NCBI GenBank assembly: GCA_030704615.1
Contig: CM060731.1
Span: forward strand, 26,908,001-26,972,000
Source of the DNA: Takakia lepidozioides
Taxonomy: Eukaryota; Plantae; Bryophyta
Length of the DNA stretch: 64,000 nt
Reading direction: 5' to 3'
Both the position numbers and the translations under genes were made by a program. This document shows positions 14,435-27,620 of the stretch, piece after piece (the first letter of the stretch is position 1; each line of letters begins with the position of its first letter). The notes under the pieces were generated by a model. The model was not told the DNA's origin, searched no databases, and saw only the letters and a list, made by a program, of their open reading frames with translations.

Positions 14435-15552
14435 TGTTAGAGGACTGTCTGGGACTTAGACACTTTTACGGGATCTGTGGGGTACCCTTAAATTTTTACA
14501 CAGACTGAGACCAACAAGAGCCTTAGGGGTGACAACAACACACTTTGGGGGGGGGGGGGGGGGGGGTTACACAGCCCGTCACAGTCCGACACAGCCCACA
14601 CAGCTCGTCACAGTCCGACACAACCCGTCACAGCCGACACAGCCAGACACAGCCAGTCACAGCCAACACAGCTCGTCACAGTCCGACACAGCCTGTCACA
14701 GCCAACACAGCTCGTCATAGCCAACACAACCCGTCACAGTCCGACACAGCTTGTCACAGCCAACACAGCCCGTCACAGTCCAACACAGCCGACACAGCCA
14801 GACACAGCCGTCACAGCCAGTCACAGCTTGACACAGCTGACACAGTCCAACACAGTCGCACAGCCAGTCATAGCTTGACACAGCTGTCACGACCATAGGG
14901 AACGGATAGCAGGACAGGGAATGACTGTGGGGAACAACATCTGCGAATGGAACATGTTAGTTCACGGATGACGGTTAGTGAGGGAAACGGTTAGAACAAC
15001 GGGTAGGAAGATAAAGCCAGGAGCGAGGACTGGAAAAGGATCAATTCTGGGGGGAGCACTTCTGGAGGGGGACTTCGAACATCACTGGGGGAAAAATGAG
15101 GCAGAGAGCGCATCTCTGAGGAGAAGGAGGGAGAGCACGGAGTAGGAGGAGGACGATCTATTGATGCTTGATGAATGCAAGCAGTAGAGTTGTAAGGTAG
15201 AGCAGATTAGAGACTCCATGGCTTCAGCCTGATATTTGATAGATATTAATCTGATACATACTTCATACTCACACTGTGTAGAGAGATCTGAGTGAAGCTG
15301 TGGAATGAATGGATGAGTTGGTGGAATCCGATAGATTGCTGAAGCAAACTGATACTTAATTACCAACAGTAAGGTAACTAGCTAACATGAATGCGGGAAG
15401 GAAAACAAATAGGAAACACCCCCATGATACACTAGTTGTAGGTCATGACTGATTGTTTTGAGCGGGCTGAGTGCTTAGAGATTTCCAACTCTTCTATCTT
15501 GGAGTTTCCGCCTCGGATAGCGAAGGGATGGGTGAGTAAAAGTCGCGCGACA
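14435..15552 (+). mobile_element. Family B LTR (~1.1 kb, TGTTAGAGG...GCGCGACA)
   Basis: TG..CA ends, preceded by the PPT, homologous to 37056-38100 and 50984-52060; contains a CACAGCC tandem array at 14570-14890. Confidence 0.93.
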
Positions 15553-18500
15553 GAAGCTTGGTCTAAGTAACATGAAACCAGCCCCATTTACAGTAACAAT
15601 GGCAGATCAAAGGAGTGTACAGCCATTGGGATTGATAAGAGGAGTTAAGATACAGATACAGAAGATGATCTTTATGATCACAGTAACTGTGTTGAAGATG
15701 GATGAAGTCATGGAGGCTTACTCCTTATTATTGGGACGTCCGTGGCTGAAACAGGCCAGGGTATTCCATGACTGGAATTCTCAGTTACTAACAGTGCATA
15801 ATGGGATGCACGAGATACAAATTACCACAAAGAAATCTAGTAGATTACCTGCTATGAGAAGACCTCGAGGGGTCAGAGAGTATGATTGGAGAGGAGGACT
15901 GGATGAGGAGCAGGAAGCTACCCTGTTTGCTGCATACCCAGAGTGGGAGCAGGTTGCAGAGATGCGGCTGGAAGGCCTAAGTTGTTTAAGAGGTATCTGT
16001 TGTGGTGCAACACCAATTGAAGAGGAAACCAGCAGTTACCCATCACATTTCTATGAAGAAAGAGAAGGAGGAATGGAAATCCTAGAGGAACCAGCCACTA
16101 TGAGTTTACAGGATGAAGTGGTGACTGGTTGGACAATCACAGCTGATGAGCAGGTGAGGGAAGTGAATGTGGGAACTGAAGAGGAACCGAGGATGGTGAA
16201 GGTAGGAGCTGATTTGGAGCCAGAATTCTTTGAAGAAGCTAAGAGTTTGGTCATCAAATACAGAGATGTATTTGCTTGGAGCTATGAGGATCTAAAAGGG
16301 ATACCACTTGAAATCTGTCAGCATAAGATTGAATTGGAACCAGGATCAGTACCAATCAAGCAGGCAAGGTACAAAATGAATCCCAACTATGCACAGAAGG
16401 TTGGAGAAGAGATCAAGAAGTTGGCTGAGGCTAAGTTTATATACCCAATAGAATATACAACTTGGTTGTCACCCATTGTGATAGTTCCCAAGAAGAATGG
16501 TAAACTAAGAGTTTGTGTGAACTACAAGAAGCTGAATGCTTGTACGAAGAAAGATCCTTTCCCTTTGCCATTCACAGAAGCAGTATTGGACATTGTGGCA
16601 GGCCATGAGATGTACTCATTCATGGATGGCTTCAGTGGTTATAATCAAGTGCAAGTGGCAGAAGAAGACCAAGGAAAGACAGCTTTTATCACAGACTGGG
16701 GTGCTTATGCGTACAAAGTCATGCCCTTTGGACTTTGTAATGCACCAGCAACCTTTCAGAGAGTGATAAGTGAATCTTTTCATGAATATCTGAATGATTT
16801 CATGCAGGTATTCTTGGATGATTTCAGTGTGTACAGCTCTAAGAATGAGCACTTGCATAAATTGGAGTTATGTCTGGCCAGATGCAGGATGAGAGGTCTG
16901 GGCCTGAATCTAGAGAAGTGTACTTTCTGTGTGAACTCAGGGGTGCCATTGGGACACATTGTGTGCAAGAAGGGACTTCTGGTGGATCCCAGGAAAATAG
17001 AGGCCATTAAAGCCTCTCCACCACCAGTGAATGTTAAGTGTCTAAGGAGATTCCTTGGGCAAACCAGTTATTACAGAAGATTTGTCAGACGGTATGCACA
17101 GATAGCAGCACCATTGAGCAAACTTCTGAAGAAATATGCAGTGTTTGCATGGACACCTGAATGTCAACAGGCTTTTGAGGAACTTACATTGTCAGTAACA
17201 ACTACACCTGTGCTGATTAATCCTCACTGGTAGGAATTTATCAGTGATTAGGGAAGTCACTTCATTAATGAGACCATTGAATTATTGACTAAAGAGTTCA
17301 TGATTGTGCATAGGAAGAGTACAACATATTACCCACAGGGTAATGGGCAGGCAGAGGCTACCAACAAAATACTATGTACTATCTTGGCTAAGATAGTCAA
17401 TGCAAACAGAACGGATTGGGATACAAAGCTGCTGACAGCTTTGTGGTCATACAGAACTTCATATAAAGTCAACACTAAGTATACACCATTCCAATTAGTT
17501 TATGGTATGGAAGCTTTACTTCCAGTGGAATTCCTGTTACCTACCATGAGAACGGAATGGGGAAAGAGAATGGAATTGGAAGATTCAATTAAGGTCAGGA
17601 AACATGAATTATACCATGTGGAAGAAGTACGTGTTGATGCAGCTGATAACATGACCAGAATTCAGATGAAGAGAAAGGAACAGTTTGATGAAGGCAAGAT
17701 AAAGACTTTTAAGACGGGAGATTTGGTTCTCTGGTTGCAGAAGAAGGGAAAGATTAAAGCTTCTAAGCTTAAATCACCATGGAAATGACCTTATGTCATA
17801 CAGAAAATGTATGATAACAACACCGCCATGTTACAAACCATTAACAAAGAGATGCTGGGAAGAGTCAATGCCAATAAGTTGAAGGGGTACAGTGGTATCC
17901 ATGACAAACCATTGCAGCATGATTTGCATGTTGAAACGCAAAAACAGTCACGGGCTGCGCCAGTGATACCAACAGAGTATGGAGCACTTGTCGCTAGACC
18001 GAGCGTATATGACGAGGGCGGGCAGTACCGGCGCGACAACATATCACAGCCCAGCACGGCGCGACACAGCATATCACAGCCCAGCACGGCGCAACACAGC
18101 CTATCACAGCCCAGCACAGCGTGTCACAGCCTATCACAGCTTACCACAATGCCACACAGCCTATCACAGCGTACCACAACCTACTAGGGTTACACAATCC
18201 ATATGATCAGTGACAGGTGGACGTGGGTTAACATCCGGAGAGTGGCCAGCGGAAAAGTGGACAAAGGCACGTGTAAAAATGGACACGTGGACGCCAGGGC
18301 GAGACACACAGCTGGACATGGATTGCAAGGGCGACTGTCATCAAGGAAAAAGACAAAATTGGCCGTCAAAGTACCTACCCGACACATTAACTTATTATGG
18401 GCCCATTAATGCATACGGGGAAAGGGTAACGGAACCTTTAAAAGTACCGAAAAGCAAAATCCATGTCATATGTGCTATCCTAGTGGACAGTACAGAGTCG

Positions 18501-19349
18501 AAAATCCATGGAAGGAAATGAAATCTAAAATCCAGTCATAGCAGTTACATCCAATCAAAGGCCAGAAGCAGAATCAAGAAAATGGAGGAATTTTAAGCGC
18601 AAGAGTCGGCGTCGTTCCAAGTAACGGGCGTCACGACGGGACAGACCATCAATGCTATAGCTTTGAAGCTATGGAGGAACTAACAGACTATACGCTCGCG
18701 ATACTACTTACGCAGTGGCACGGGGATAGAAGAACAGAGAGTATCTTTTCTCTTAATCGATGCTTGCAAGCCCCGCATGCTTACAAGAAATTACCCATAG
18801 CATTTTGTGGCAACCATACGTTTATGCTTTGTGCCCTGCAGGCATTTCTTCAATTGTTACAGCCAAAACCTTTCTGTGGGTCTAGAATGAAGAGAGTGAG
18901 AGGAATGGAAGAAATCAGGGTGAAGAGCACCACAATCCTGCAGAAACAAACGATTGCTACTCCACAGGCGGTACAGTTACTGAAGGAGCTGCGATTAGAA
19001 GGATTGCAAAGCAAAGATTGGACATTGCACCATAGGCAGTACATGTTACAATTCTTGCAGAACTTTGAGCCTAGGATAGGAGCAACAACGGTGAAGGGAG
19101 TTGAATTAGAAATTACTCCCCTATACCTACAGCAATTGTTTGAATTGCCATCAGGTCAGGTGCATGTGGAGGAGCACAGGGCAAGACTGCAAATAGGGGA
19201 CTTATTCCAAGAAGGGAGTTTATTTAAAACTCAGGGTTATGCTTGTACCAAGGCCGTCTACCCAGGACTAAGGGAGGTAGGCCAGGTATTGAACGTTCTG
19301 TTTGCCATGAAACAGAACCAACAGTATTTGAGCAGATCCTTCACAGAGG
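15553..19349 (+). mobile_element. Family B internal fragment B3 (PR-RT, deleted RNase H/IN, IN C-terminus, start of the extra ORF)
   Basis: ORF 15572-17233 matches 8548-9910(-); at 17230 LINPHW joins directly to EFISD, a ~1-kb deletion versus 30597-31640; ORFs 17285-18187 and 18671-19426. Confidence 0.9.
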
Positions 19350-19849
19350 AAGTTGGTCTTCTTATAGTTAGCAGTGGTAGGAATCTGTCAGGGCCAGTCG
19401 ACATTCTAAGTGCTCGCATCTCGTGAGCACTACTTTCGCTCTTGGCCCTCTCCTAGCTGTTTTTTTTTCTCTTAATCATAGCTCTCCACATCATCCTCTT
19501 GGATGGATTTCTCTCCGTTAAAGTATTCAGGGTTCTTCCCTCACCGTCAGGTGTGTTTGCCTTATGGCCCCACTTGGGTTTATTTTTTCCCCTCACATAA
19601 TAAAATGCAAGATAATTTTTGAAAATAAATAAATAAAAATGTACATTGACCTTTGACCGTGGGCCCCACACCATCCCACACATTACTAGACAATACATAC
19701 TTGAACCTAAGACCTCTCCATTATAGCATCACTAAGTCATTTTGCACTAATCAACACACCTATTACACATATATGCACCACATGAGTGGTTTGATTGTAT
19801 AACAAATTTTGAAATATAAAGATTTTGACACGTTTAGTCATAGTCATTT

Positions 19850-20247
19850 ATATGATTATTAGTCATTTATACCATATAACATGACATCACAGCCACAGTC
19901 ATGTAGTATACATAACTATGACATGTCATCCAGTCATAGACAAGAGTTACACATGTGTATAAGACATGTCATCCTATCCTAGACATACTCATGACTCTTA
20001 GTTATAAGAACCATGACATATCATCACATCCTAGACTTACACATAACTATTTTTCATATATTCCATCCGACGTCACCACGGTCAACCAGCGTTGACCTCG
20101 GGACCAGTCACATAGTTAGGTGGATGATTGCGGGCGAATAATTTATTCATTTCTAATTGCTTTCACGATTCTGTAGTCATGCGTTTACTCAGATGTGCCA
20201 TGACGACGAGAAAGCCACGGTCATGAAACCTAGGTTCTCTTGTAGTG
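19850..20247. mobile_element. Probable orphan CACTA (En/Spm) terminus
   Basis: TTCTCTTGTAGTG at 20235-20247 is the reverse complement of CACTACAAGAGAA; preceded by GTCAT/ATGAC-rich subterminal-like repeats; no partner end found. Confidence 0.5.
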
Positions 20248-20449
20248 CATGCCCTGCTCATCTGTCTTTTTTTCAGCATTCACAAATCAATCTTTGGTGC
20301 TTGAGGACATTACAACACTCACATTGACTATTTCTACTCTTGAATGAGTTAGCTCATTGGATTTTTCATGGATTTCTGAAGTTTTTAGCTTTAGAGCTTT
20401 AAATCTTGACAGCTTTTGCTGGAATTTTCTCGATAGTCTTGTGACAGTG

Positions 20450-21175
20450 TGTCGCGGCCCTTTGCCTTGAGGGCAGGGGGTCGGGACACATGAGGGGCTG
20501 CCCCTGTGGTGGGGGCAGCGGCAGTGATAGGTATGGGGGGCTGAAGCACCCTTGAGTGCCCAAGGCACTCAGGGAAGCGGAGGCGCTCACTAGGTGGAGC
20601 CCCGCACACCGGGTTGCGGTGGGGGTGGCTCCACAAGGGGTGGTGGTAGCTTAGCGGGACTTAGTGGGGGTGGCATAGGACTCACCATGGGGGCGGAGAC
20701 CTCGTGGTGGGAGTCGTGGGGAGTCTTGGGACTCATCACGGTCCATAGGGGCCGTGGTGAGCGGGCCAAGACTCACCGCGACTCATCACCGGGAGTCGAG
20801 GGTTTTCGTGGTGGTTCGCCATAAAATGGCATGGCTGGTTGTGAAACCCCCGCGGACAGCTACAGAAGTATATATAGGGAGTAGTAACCCCGAGAACGGT
20901 GCAAGCCCGTTGGTGACCAAAAACTAGTGAGTAAGCGAGCGAGCCGGAAAGCGACCAAAGAGTGGGGAGCTGTTCCGGACTGCCATCTACCAAAGGGAAT
21001 TCCTCTAGGGCCAAATAGGTGGAGGGTTTAGTGGGAAGCAAAGGGGGGACCGTTATGTCCCGGTGAGCAGCCGAAGCTCCAAGTTGGCCCGGCGGCCAGG
21101 TTGGGAGTCAGGCGCGCACATCAAAGTGAGTAACTATGACTTGAAGGGGAGCTTACCGAAGTGAGGTGCGCGACA
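20450..21175 (+). mobile_element. 5' LTR of chromovirus element A
   Basis: TG..CA ends, followed by PBS and gag; TATA-like GTATATATAGG at ~20868. Confidence 0.95.
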
Positions 21176-21177
21176 CT

Positions 21178-21189
21178 TGGTATCAGAGC
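21178..21189 (+). promoter_or_regulatory. Primer-binding site for tRNA-iMet
   Basis: TGGTATCAGAGC 2 nt after the LTR end. Confidence 0.92.
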
Positions 21190-21230
21190 TTAGAGTTCAG
21201 TACGCGATCGTCCTTGGGATTGGCCTCATC

Positions 21231-22384
21231 ATGGGGTCGGGCAAGCCGAAGCGAAAGCGGAACGGCCCAAAAGATGATGATCCCGGTGAGCCCGATGGGG
21301 GCGACGTGTCACCGAGGCGGCCGTTTGAGGAAGCGATGCATGTTTCCAAAAACGAGGCCGCTCAAGAGCGGGAGGAATCCGAGGAGTCGGAGCCCGAGGA
21401 ATCCTTGAGAGCTCCGACAAACCAAGAGATGCCTCCCATGCCGGCAGCCTTTTGGGAAGGGTTGTTGGTGCAGTTTGGTGGGACGTTGAAAGACGTGTTG
21501 AAGGCGGCTAATGCCACTTCCACTAAGGCAAAGTTTAAGGTGAAGCCTAAGGAACCCGGCACCTTCGAGGGCGTCCGAAATCGGAAGGCACTCAACACCT
21601 GGCTCTTGGAGCTGGAGCAGTACTTCCGGGCGGCCAAGTTGAGTGACGAGGATCGCGTGGAAGTGGCTCCCACCTATTTGAGGGGCTATGCTCAACAATG
21701 GTGGCAGAAACGCCTTCACGACCGAGGTCCAAGTCCGGAAACCTTGAACTGGAGTGGGTTCAAGGAATTGATGAAGAGACAGTTTGTGCCCCTCAACGCG
21801 TCCTGGCTTGCCCGGGACAAGATGAGGAATTTGAAGCAAACAGATGACATTCGGGGGTATGTCCAGGCTTTCAATGTGCTGTTGCTTGAAGTCGCGGACA
21901 TGGCAGAACCAGAAATGGTCTTCAACTTTGTGGCGGGACTGGCCCTATGGGCCAGGCGGAAGTTGGAGGAGAAGCCACGACTTTGAACGAGGCAATTGAG
22001 AGGGCTGAATGTTTCTCGGATGTCCCTAGGGGTGAGAGACAAGGCCGTACGGAGCTGAACCACAAGAAGACCCGGCGGGAAGGTGACTCCTTCCGACCGG
22101 AAAAGAAGTGGGATAGGCCACGCGGCGACAATGGCACGTGGAAATCGAAGGGAGGGCCTTCACACGTCAAGGCGGCACCCGGTGCTTCGAAAGGAAAAGC
22201 GGGTGGAGCGGCTTATGGCGGACAGAAGGCGACCTTTGATGTACTGTGTTTCAATTGCGGGGAGCCCGGACATGGCCAAGAAGTGCATGAAGCCCCGGCA
22301 ATTGAACATGACTCGGGCGACCACGGAGCTGTCGGAAGATACCATCAGTTGCTTGGTGGAAGCGGTGGTCGCCAGGACTTGCAA
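21231..22384 (+). pseudogene. Element A gag, frameshifted and interrupted by element C
   Basis: PGTFEG..LNTWL..LEQYF..YLRGYAQQWW gag core; CFNCGEPGH..C knuckle; frameshifts near 21975 and 22272; frame resumes at 30226-30298 (TCNVGKFSCELYQETGALRKGSQLL). Confidence 0.88.
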
Positions 22385-23293
22385 GGGAGGTTTACTATTT
22401 CATGAGCAGAAACCATGAGCCATGAGCCATGAGCCGCATGAGCCGCATGAGCGGTGAGCCGAAGTCTAAGATACGCGGTTTTCATGAGCGGACTTCTCCA
22501 AATTTGGAAATGCGGCAGATTAAAAAAGTATTAAAATAATAGTTTTTAATTTGACATTGCTGTTTTTGGAAGTTCCAGATCCTAAAATGCGGCAAAGATA
22601 TGTCGTGAGTAACAATTCCGCTCATGGTTTTGTAAATCTGCTCATGGAAAAAACTGACCGTGCAATGAGAAATCCAGTATACCACAGCAAAAGGACGCTG
22701 CATACTGGCGTGTATAGAGTATTCCGCGGTTTTATATGCCCTAACATTGGAATGAAGCTGACCCTTCTGTCACGATTGTATGATCCCCATGCAACAACAC
22801 AGTCTGCAGTGCTTGAAAATTCTTGCTTCTTCCTGCATTCTGCGGGAAAGGTTTGCCACTCCACTAGGAAATGCGGTGCCGCATTACGGTTCGCATGTGC
22901 GAGAATTCTGAGGGGTTCAGTGTTCTCGACGGTCGGCGCCCTAAAGACTCGGTGCGATTATCTTACTATGACCAAGGCTGCAACTACCAGTACCTACTAC
23001 GTTACTTGGAACTGCGGCGCCGCATTTTCTTGCCGGGGGTCGAATGAGATAAGCAAAGTTTGGGACAGCAGAAAAACAAGAACCCCCAAAAAAACAAAAA
23101 TCCAGGCACGTGGAAACAGAAGGTAATGACATAGTATTATCTTAGTTTGACCAAAATAGGTTACTGGTAGACAAGACATAAGTCAAACCTTTCTGTAGCC
23201 AAAGTTAGAGGTACTTGCAGTAGTACAGTTCTACTATAACTGAAACTCCGAAAAGGATGGGCGTAACATTGTCTTGTGCCCCGCAAGCCAAGC

Positions 23294-24090
23294 TCATTGG
23301 TCCCCTGGATCCATATTCAGAAGAGTGTACATCTCGTCGGGGCTCAACGCTAGTGCATGTATGAAGTGATGAGTTGTGGAATTACACCAGAGGCTCTTTA
23401 GGTACACGTAGTACAGATGCTTGCAAGGGCAGTATGATGCCCCCTTCTTCGCCATGATCTGGAAGTCGGTGCAATTGCAGGTGGGTAATTCTGAAATGGT
23501 GATGGTGTACACCTCATTGCGGACAACTGAGCCTGCCGTGGCCATCTGATACACACGCCCGAAGCCTGGTGGGGGCATTTATGTTGAGCTCTGGATTGTA
23601 TAGTTCATCCCAAGTGCATTCCCCATCCTTGTCTCGTTCACTTTTGAGGGACGTCGCCGTCTCTTCGGTTTTCCCCAACGGTGTGTAGGATGCTTAGAGT
23701 TGTCACATACATTTGTTCTTGCTCTCATAGGGGTCGGTGGTGGAGGCTGTGGAACCGGAAATGGTTGTCTGGGGACGTCAGTGCGCTGCACCATCCAAAA
23801 TCCTGCTGCAGTAAGGGCGTCGGCCTCAACCTGACTCATATTGTATCCCGGTTCCACCAGCCACACCGGGGGAGCCTCTGGCACTGCTTATATGCCGTAC
23901 TTGGGCTTTCCATAGACACAAGTCATAATGTCATGCCTACAGAACCAGAACTGGGTCGTCGTCGCCGCCTCCGCAAACTTTGCATGGACAAATCTTCCCG
24001 TGAAAGTAGGAGCAGGGACAACCCCAACTGGGTTCCTTCTTATCATCTATCCACAATGTTGTCGTGTATCACTCAAATTGCAGAACACTT
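23294..24090 (-). pseudogene. SWIM zinc-finger protein of element C (frameshifted, 5'-deleted)
   Basis: YTITISELPTCNCTDF...YCPCKHLYYV fits SWIM CxC-xn-CxH; homologous to 45112-46718. Confidence 0.8.
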
Positions 24091-24314
24091 GCCTCATATG
24101 GGGTGCCGCAGACTGACACCGAATTTGATCCACTGAGGAGCGAGTATGGGTGGATGTCAAGGGGACGGAACTCCGACGATGCATTTTCGTCCAGGCTGCC
24201 ATCAACATGTACCCCTTCAGTGGATTTTGGGGAAGTGAGGTGGGCGGACTGCCATTCGAGCTTGCGGTGGGGACGGTCGTCCCCACTACCACTTACCGGT
24301 GCCTTCATGACAAT

Positions 24315-27300
24315 GGGGATGCCGCACCGCATATCCGTTCGGACAGCCATACACCCTTGCCTTCATGACAGAGGGGACAGAAATGCGGTGCCGCATTTCC
24401 GTCCGGACTGCCATTAGACCTTGCCTTCATGACAATGGGGACGGATATGCGGTGCCGCATTTCAGTCCCCACTACCAGTTACCCTTGCCTCCATAATAGT
24501 AGGACAGAAATGTGGCACAGCATTTCCGTCCCACCTACTATACACCCTTGCCTTCATGACAGTGGGGACGGAAAATCGGTTTCGCATTTCCGTCCAGACT
24601 GCCCTGAGACCTTCCTTCAAGACATTGGGGACGGAAATGCGGTGCCGCATTTCCGTCCGGACTGCCATTGGACCTTCCCTTCATGACAGTGGGGACGGAT
24701 GGAAATGCAGTGTCGCATTTCCGTCCTGACTGCCATTGGACCTTGCCATCATTACAGTGGGGACGGACGGAAATGCTGCGTTTCCGTCCGGACTGCCATT
24801 GGACCTTGCCTACACTACAGTGGGGACGGAAACGCAGTGCCGCTTTTCCGTCCGGACTGCCGGAAGACCTTGCATTCATAACAGTGGGGACGCAAATGCG
24901 GTGCCGCATTTCGGCCGTCCCCACTACCAGTTACCCTTGCCTCCATAACAGTGGGATGGAAATGCGGTGCCGCATTTCAGTCGCCACTACCAGTTACCCT
25001 TGCCTCCATGACAGTGTTCCGTCCCACCTGCCATACACCCATTGCCTTCTGGAAATGCGGCGCCGCATTTCTATCCAACGACGATGACTATAGAGAAAAA
25101 AAAATTAGGGTTCTGGTTTTTCTTACCCGCCACCCCCCTGTGGTCGGAAATGCGGCACCGCATTTCCATCCAACGGGTAGAGCTAGAAAAAACAAGGAAA
25201 TTTTTTTTTTTGGATTTTTTTTTCTCTACCCCCTATAGGCCGAAATGCGGCGCCGCATTTCAATCCAGCGGCGATGAGAAGAGAAAAGAAAAATTTTTAC
25301 GGTTATTTTCTTCCCCCCCTCTACCCCCTGTTGTTGGAAATGCGGCATCGCATTTCGATCCTGCGGGGATGACTAGAGAGGGCAAAAAAAAAAACAAAAA
25401 AAAAAACTTCATTTATTTATTTATTTTTTGCCTTTCACCCCTATGGACGCAAATGCGGCGCCGCATTTCAATCCAGCGGCGATGACAAGAGGAAGAAAAA
25501 CGGTTAGGGTTATTTTTTTCCCCCTTCTACCCCTTGTTGTTGGAAATGCGGCACCGCATTTCCATCCAGCGGGGATGACTAAAAAAACTGGGGGGGGGAT
25601 TTTTTTTTGTCCCCACCCCTATGGACGGAAATGTGGCACCGCATTTCAATCCAGCGACGATGACAAGAGGAAAAAAAATGGTTAGGATTATTTTTTTCCC
25701 CCCTTCTATCCCCTGTTGTTGGAAATGCGGCGCCGCATTTCCATCCAGCGGGGATGACTAAGGGCGGGGGGGAAAGAAAAAAATAAATAAATAAAAAAAA
25801 AAAAAATAAATAAAAATTGTCCCCACCCCTATGGGCGGAAATGCGGCGCCGCATTTCAATACAGCGGCGATGACAAGAGGAAAAAAACGGTTAGGGTTAT
25901 TTTTTTTCCCCCTTCCATCCCCTGTTGTTGGAAATGTGGCGCCGCATTTCCATCCAGCGGGGATGACTAGAGGGGGGCGGGGGAGGGGGGAAAAAACAAA
26001 CAAAGAAAAAACAAAAACTTTTTTTGTCCCCACCCCTATGGACGGAAATGCGGCGCCGCATTTCAATTTAGTGGCGATGACAAGAAAAAATAAAGTTAGG
26101 GTTGCTTTTTCCACCCCCCCCCCCCCCCCCCCCTCTACCCTCTGTTGTTGGAAATGCGGCGCCGCATTTCCATCTAGCGGGGATGACAAGAGAAAAAAAA
26201 AAAAAAAAACATAAACTGAGAATTTTTTATATTTTGTTTTCACCCCCTTCGGATGGAAATGCGGCACCGCATTTCAATCCAGCGGCGATGACTAGAGGAA
26301 AAACAATCAGGGGTTATTTCCCCCCTCCCCCCTGTGGTTGAAAATGCGGCGCCGCAATTACCATCCAGCGGGAATGACTAGAGGGGAAAAAAAAAAAACA
26401 CCGTCAAACGACTTTCAAAGAGCACGGGTGGATGGCAGTCGAGACGGAAATGCGGCACCGCATTTCCGTCCTGACTCACATCCCCCTTTGCACGATGATC
26501 ATCATTTGGGGAAAAGAGGTGGGCGGGATGAACCTGGCGACGGAAATGCGCTGCCGCATTTTTGTCCGGACTGACACCTACCGATCACTTTATACCTAGT
26601 GGGACGGAAATGCGGCACCGCATTTCCATCCGGGTTCCCACTGGACCATGTCTTCCTACCATTGTGGATGGATATGTGGTGTCGCATTTCCGTCCTAACT
26701 GACACCTAAGCATCCTTGATACATGGTGGGATGATAATCCGGTGCCGCATTTCCGTCCGGGCTCCCATTCCACCATGCATTTTTAACAGTCTGGACGGAA
26801 ATGCGTTGCCGCATTTTCGTCCGGACTGACACCTAAGCATCCCTTAACACCTGGTGGGACGGAAATACGGCGCCGCATTTCCGTTTGGGGTCCCACATGA
26901 CCATGCCTTTCTACCATTGTGGATGGAAATGCGGTGCCGCATTTCCTAACTCACACCTAAGTATCCTTGATACATGGTGGGATGATAATCCGGTGCCGCA
27001 TTTCCGTCCGGGCTCCCATTCCACCATGCATTTTTAACAGTCTGGACGGAAATGCGGTGCAGCATTTCCGTCTGGGCTCCAACTGTACGATCCCTAAACA
27101 GGTGGTCAGATGGAAATGCGGTGCCGCATTCCCGTCCAGACATTGCTTTCCCGAGAGTCTGGACGGAAACACGCCACCGTATTTCCGTCCGGACTGATAG
27201 TGGACCATCCCTTCATTTTTGGTGGGACGGAAATGCGGTGCCGCATTTCCGTCTAGAAGACCACTTCAGTTTGCGTACTTGGCAGTTGAAGGGAAATGCG

Positions 27301-27620
27301 GCGCCGCATTTCCGTCCAGACTGTCATTGTACATTTTCTTAATGACAGCTTCGACGGAATTGCGGTGCCGCATTCCAGGCCCGCTACCAATTACTCTGGC
27401 AGATAGGACAGCGAAACGGAAGTGTGGCACCGCATTCCCGTCGAACTTGCCAAACAACCTTTTCTTCATGGTAGGATGGCCGCAAATCCAGCCATCCAGC
27501 CTTACCATCCTGAGAATAGGGACGGAAAAGCGGTGCCGTATTTCCGTCCCAGCTGCCCTCCACGCTTGCCTTCAGTAAAGAGGGTTCACGAAGGGGACGG
27601 AAATGCGGTACCGCATTTAC
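24315..27620. repeat. Array of ~40 spaced palindromes GGAAATGCGG(CG/TG/CA)CCGCATTTCC
   Basis: Directly visible; ~63-bp period in the outer parts; ~90-110-bp spacing with A/T/C/G homopolymer tracts in 25050-26400. Confidence 0.95.

Noticed and set aside
3595-21175. One element with inverted terminal repeats (DIRS-like or giant TIR element)
   Set aside because: PBS, TSD and reciprocal junctions show ordinary LTRs re-oriented by an inversion; no tyrosine recombinase
22385-22418. GGLLFHEQKP as part of A gag-protease
   Set aside because: It is the C terminal repeat, found again at 44269 in a different context
24315-27620. CRISPR array (palindromic repeats with spacers), also considered for 48775-50455
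   Set aside because: Spacers are homologous to one another and form higher-order repeats; no cas genes; eukaryotic TE context
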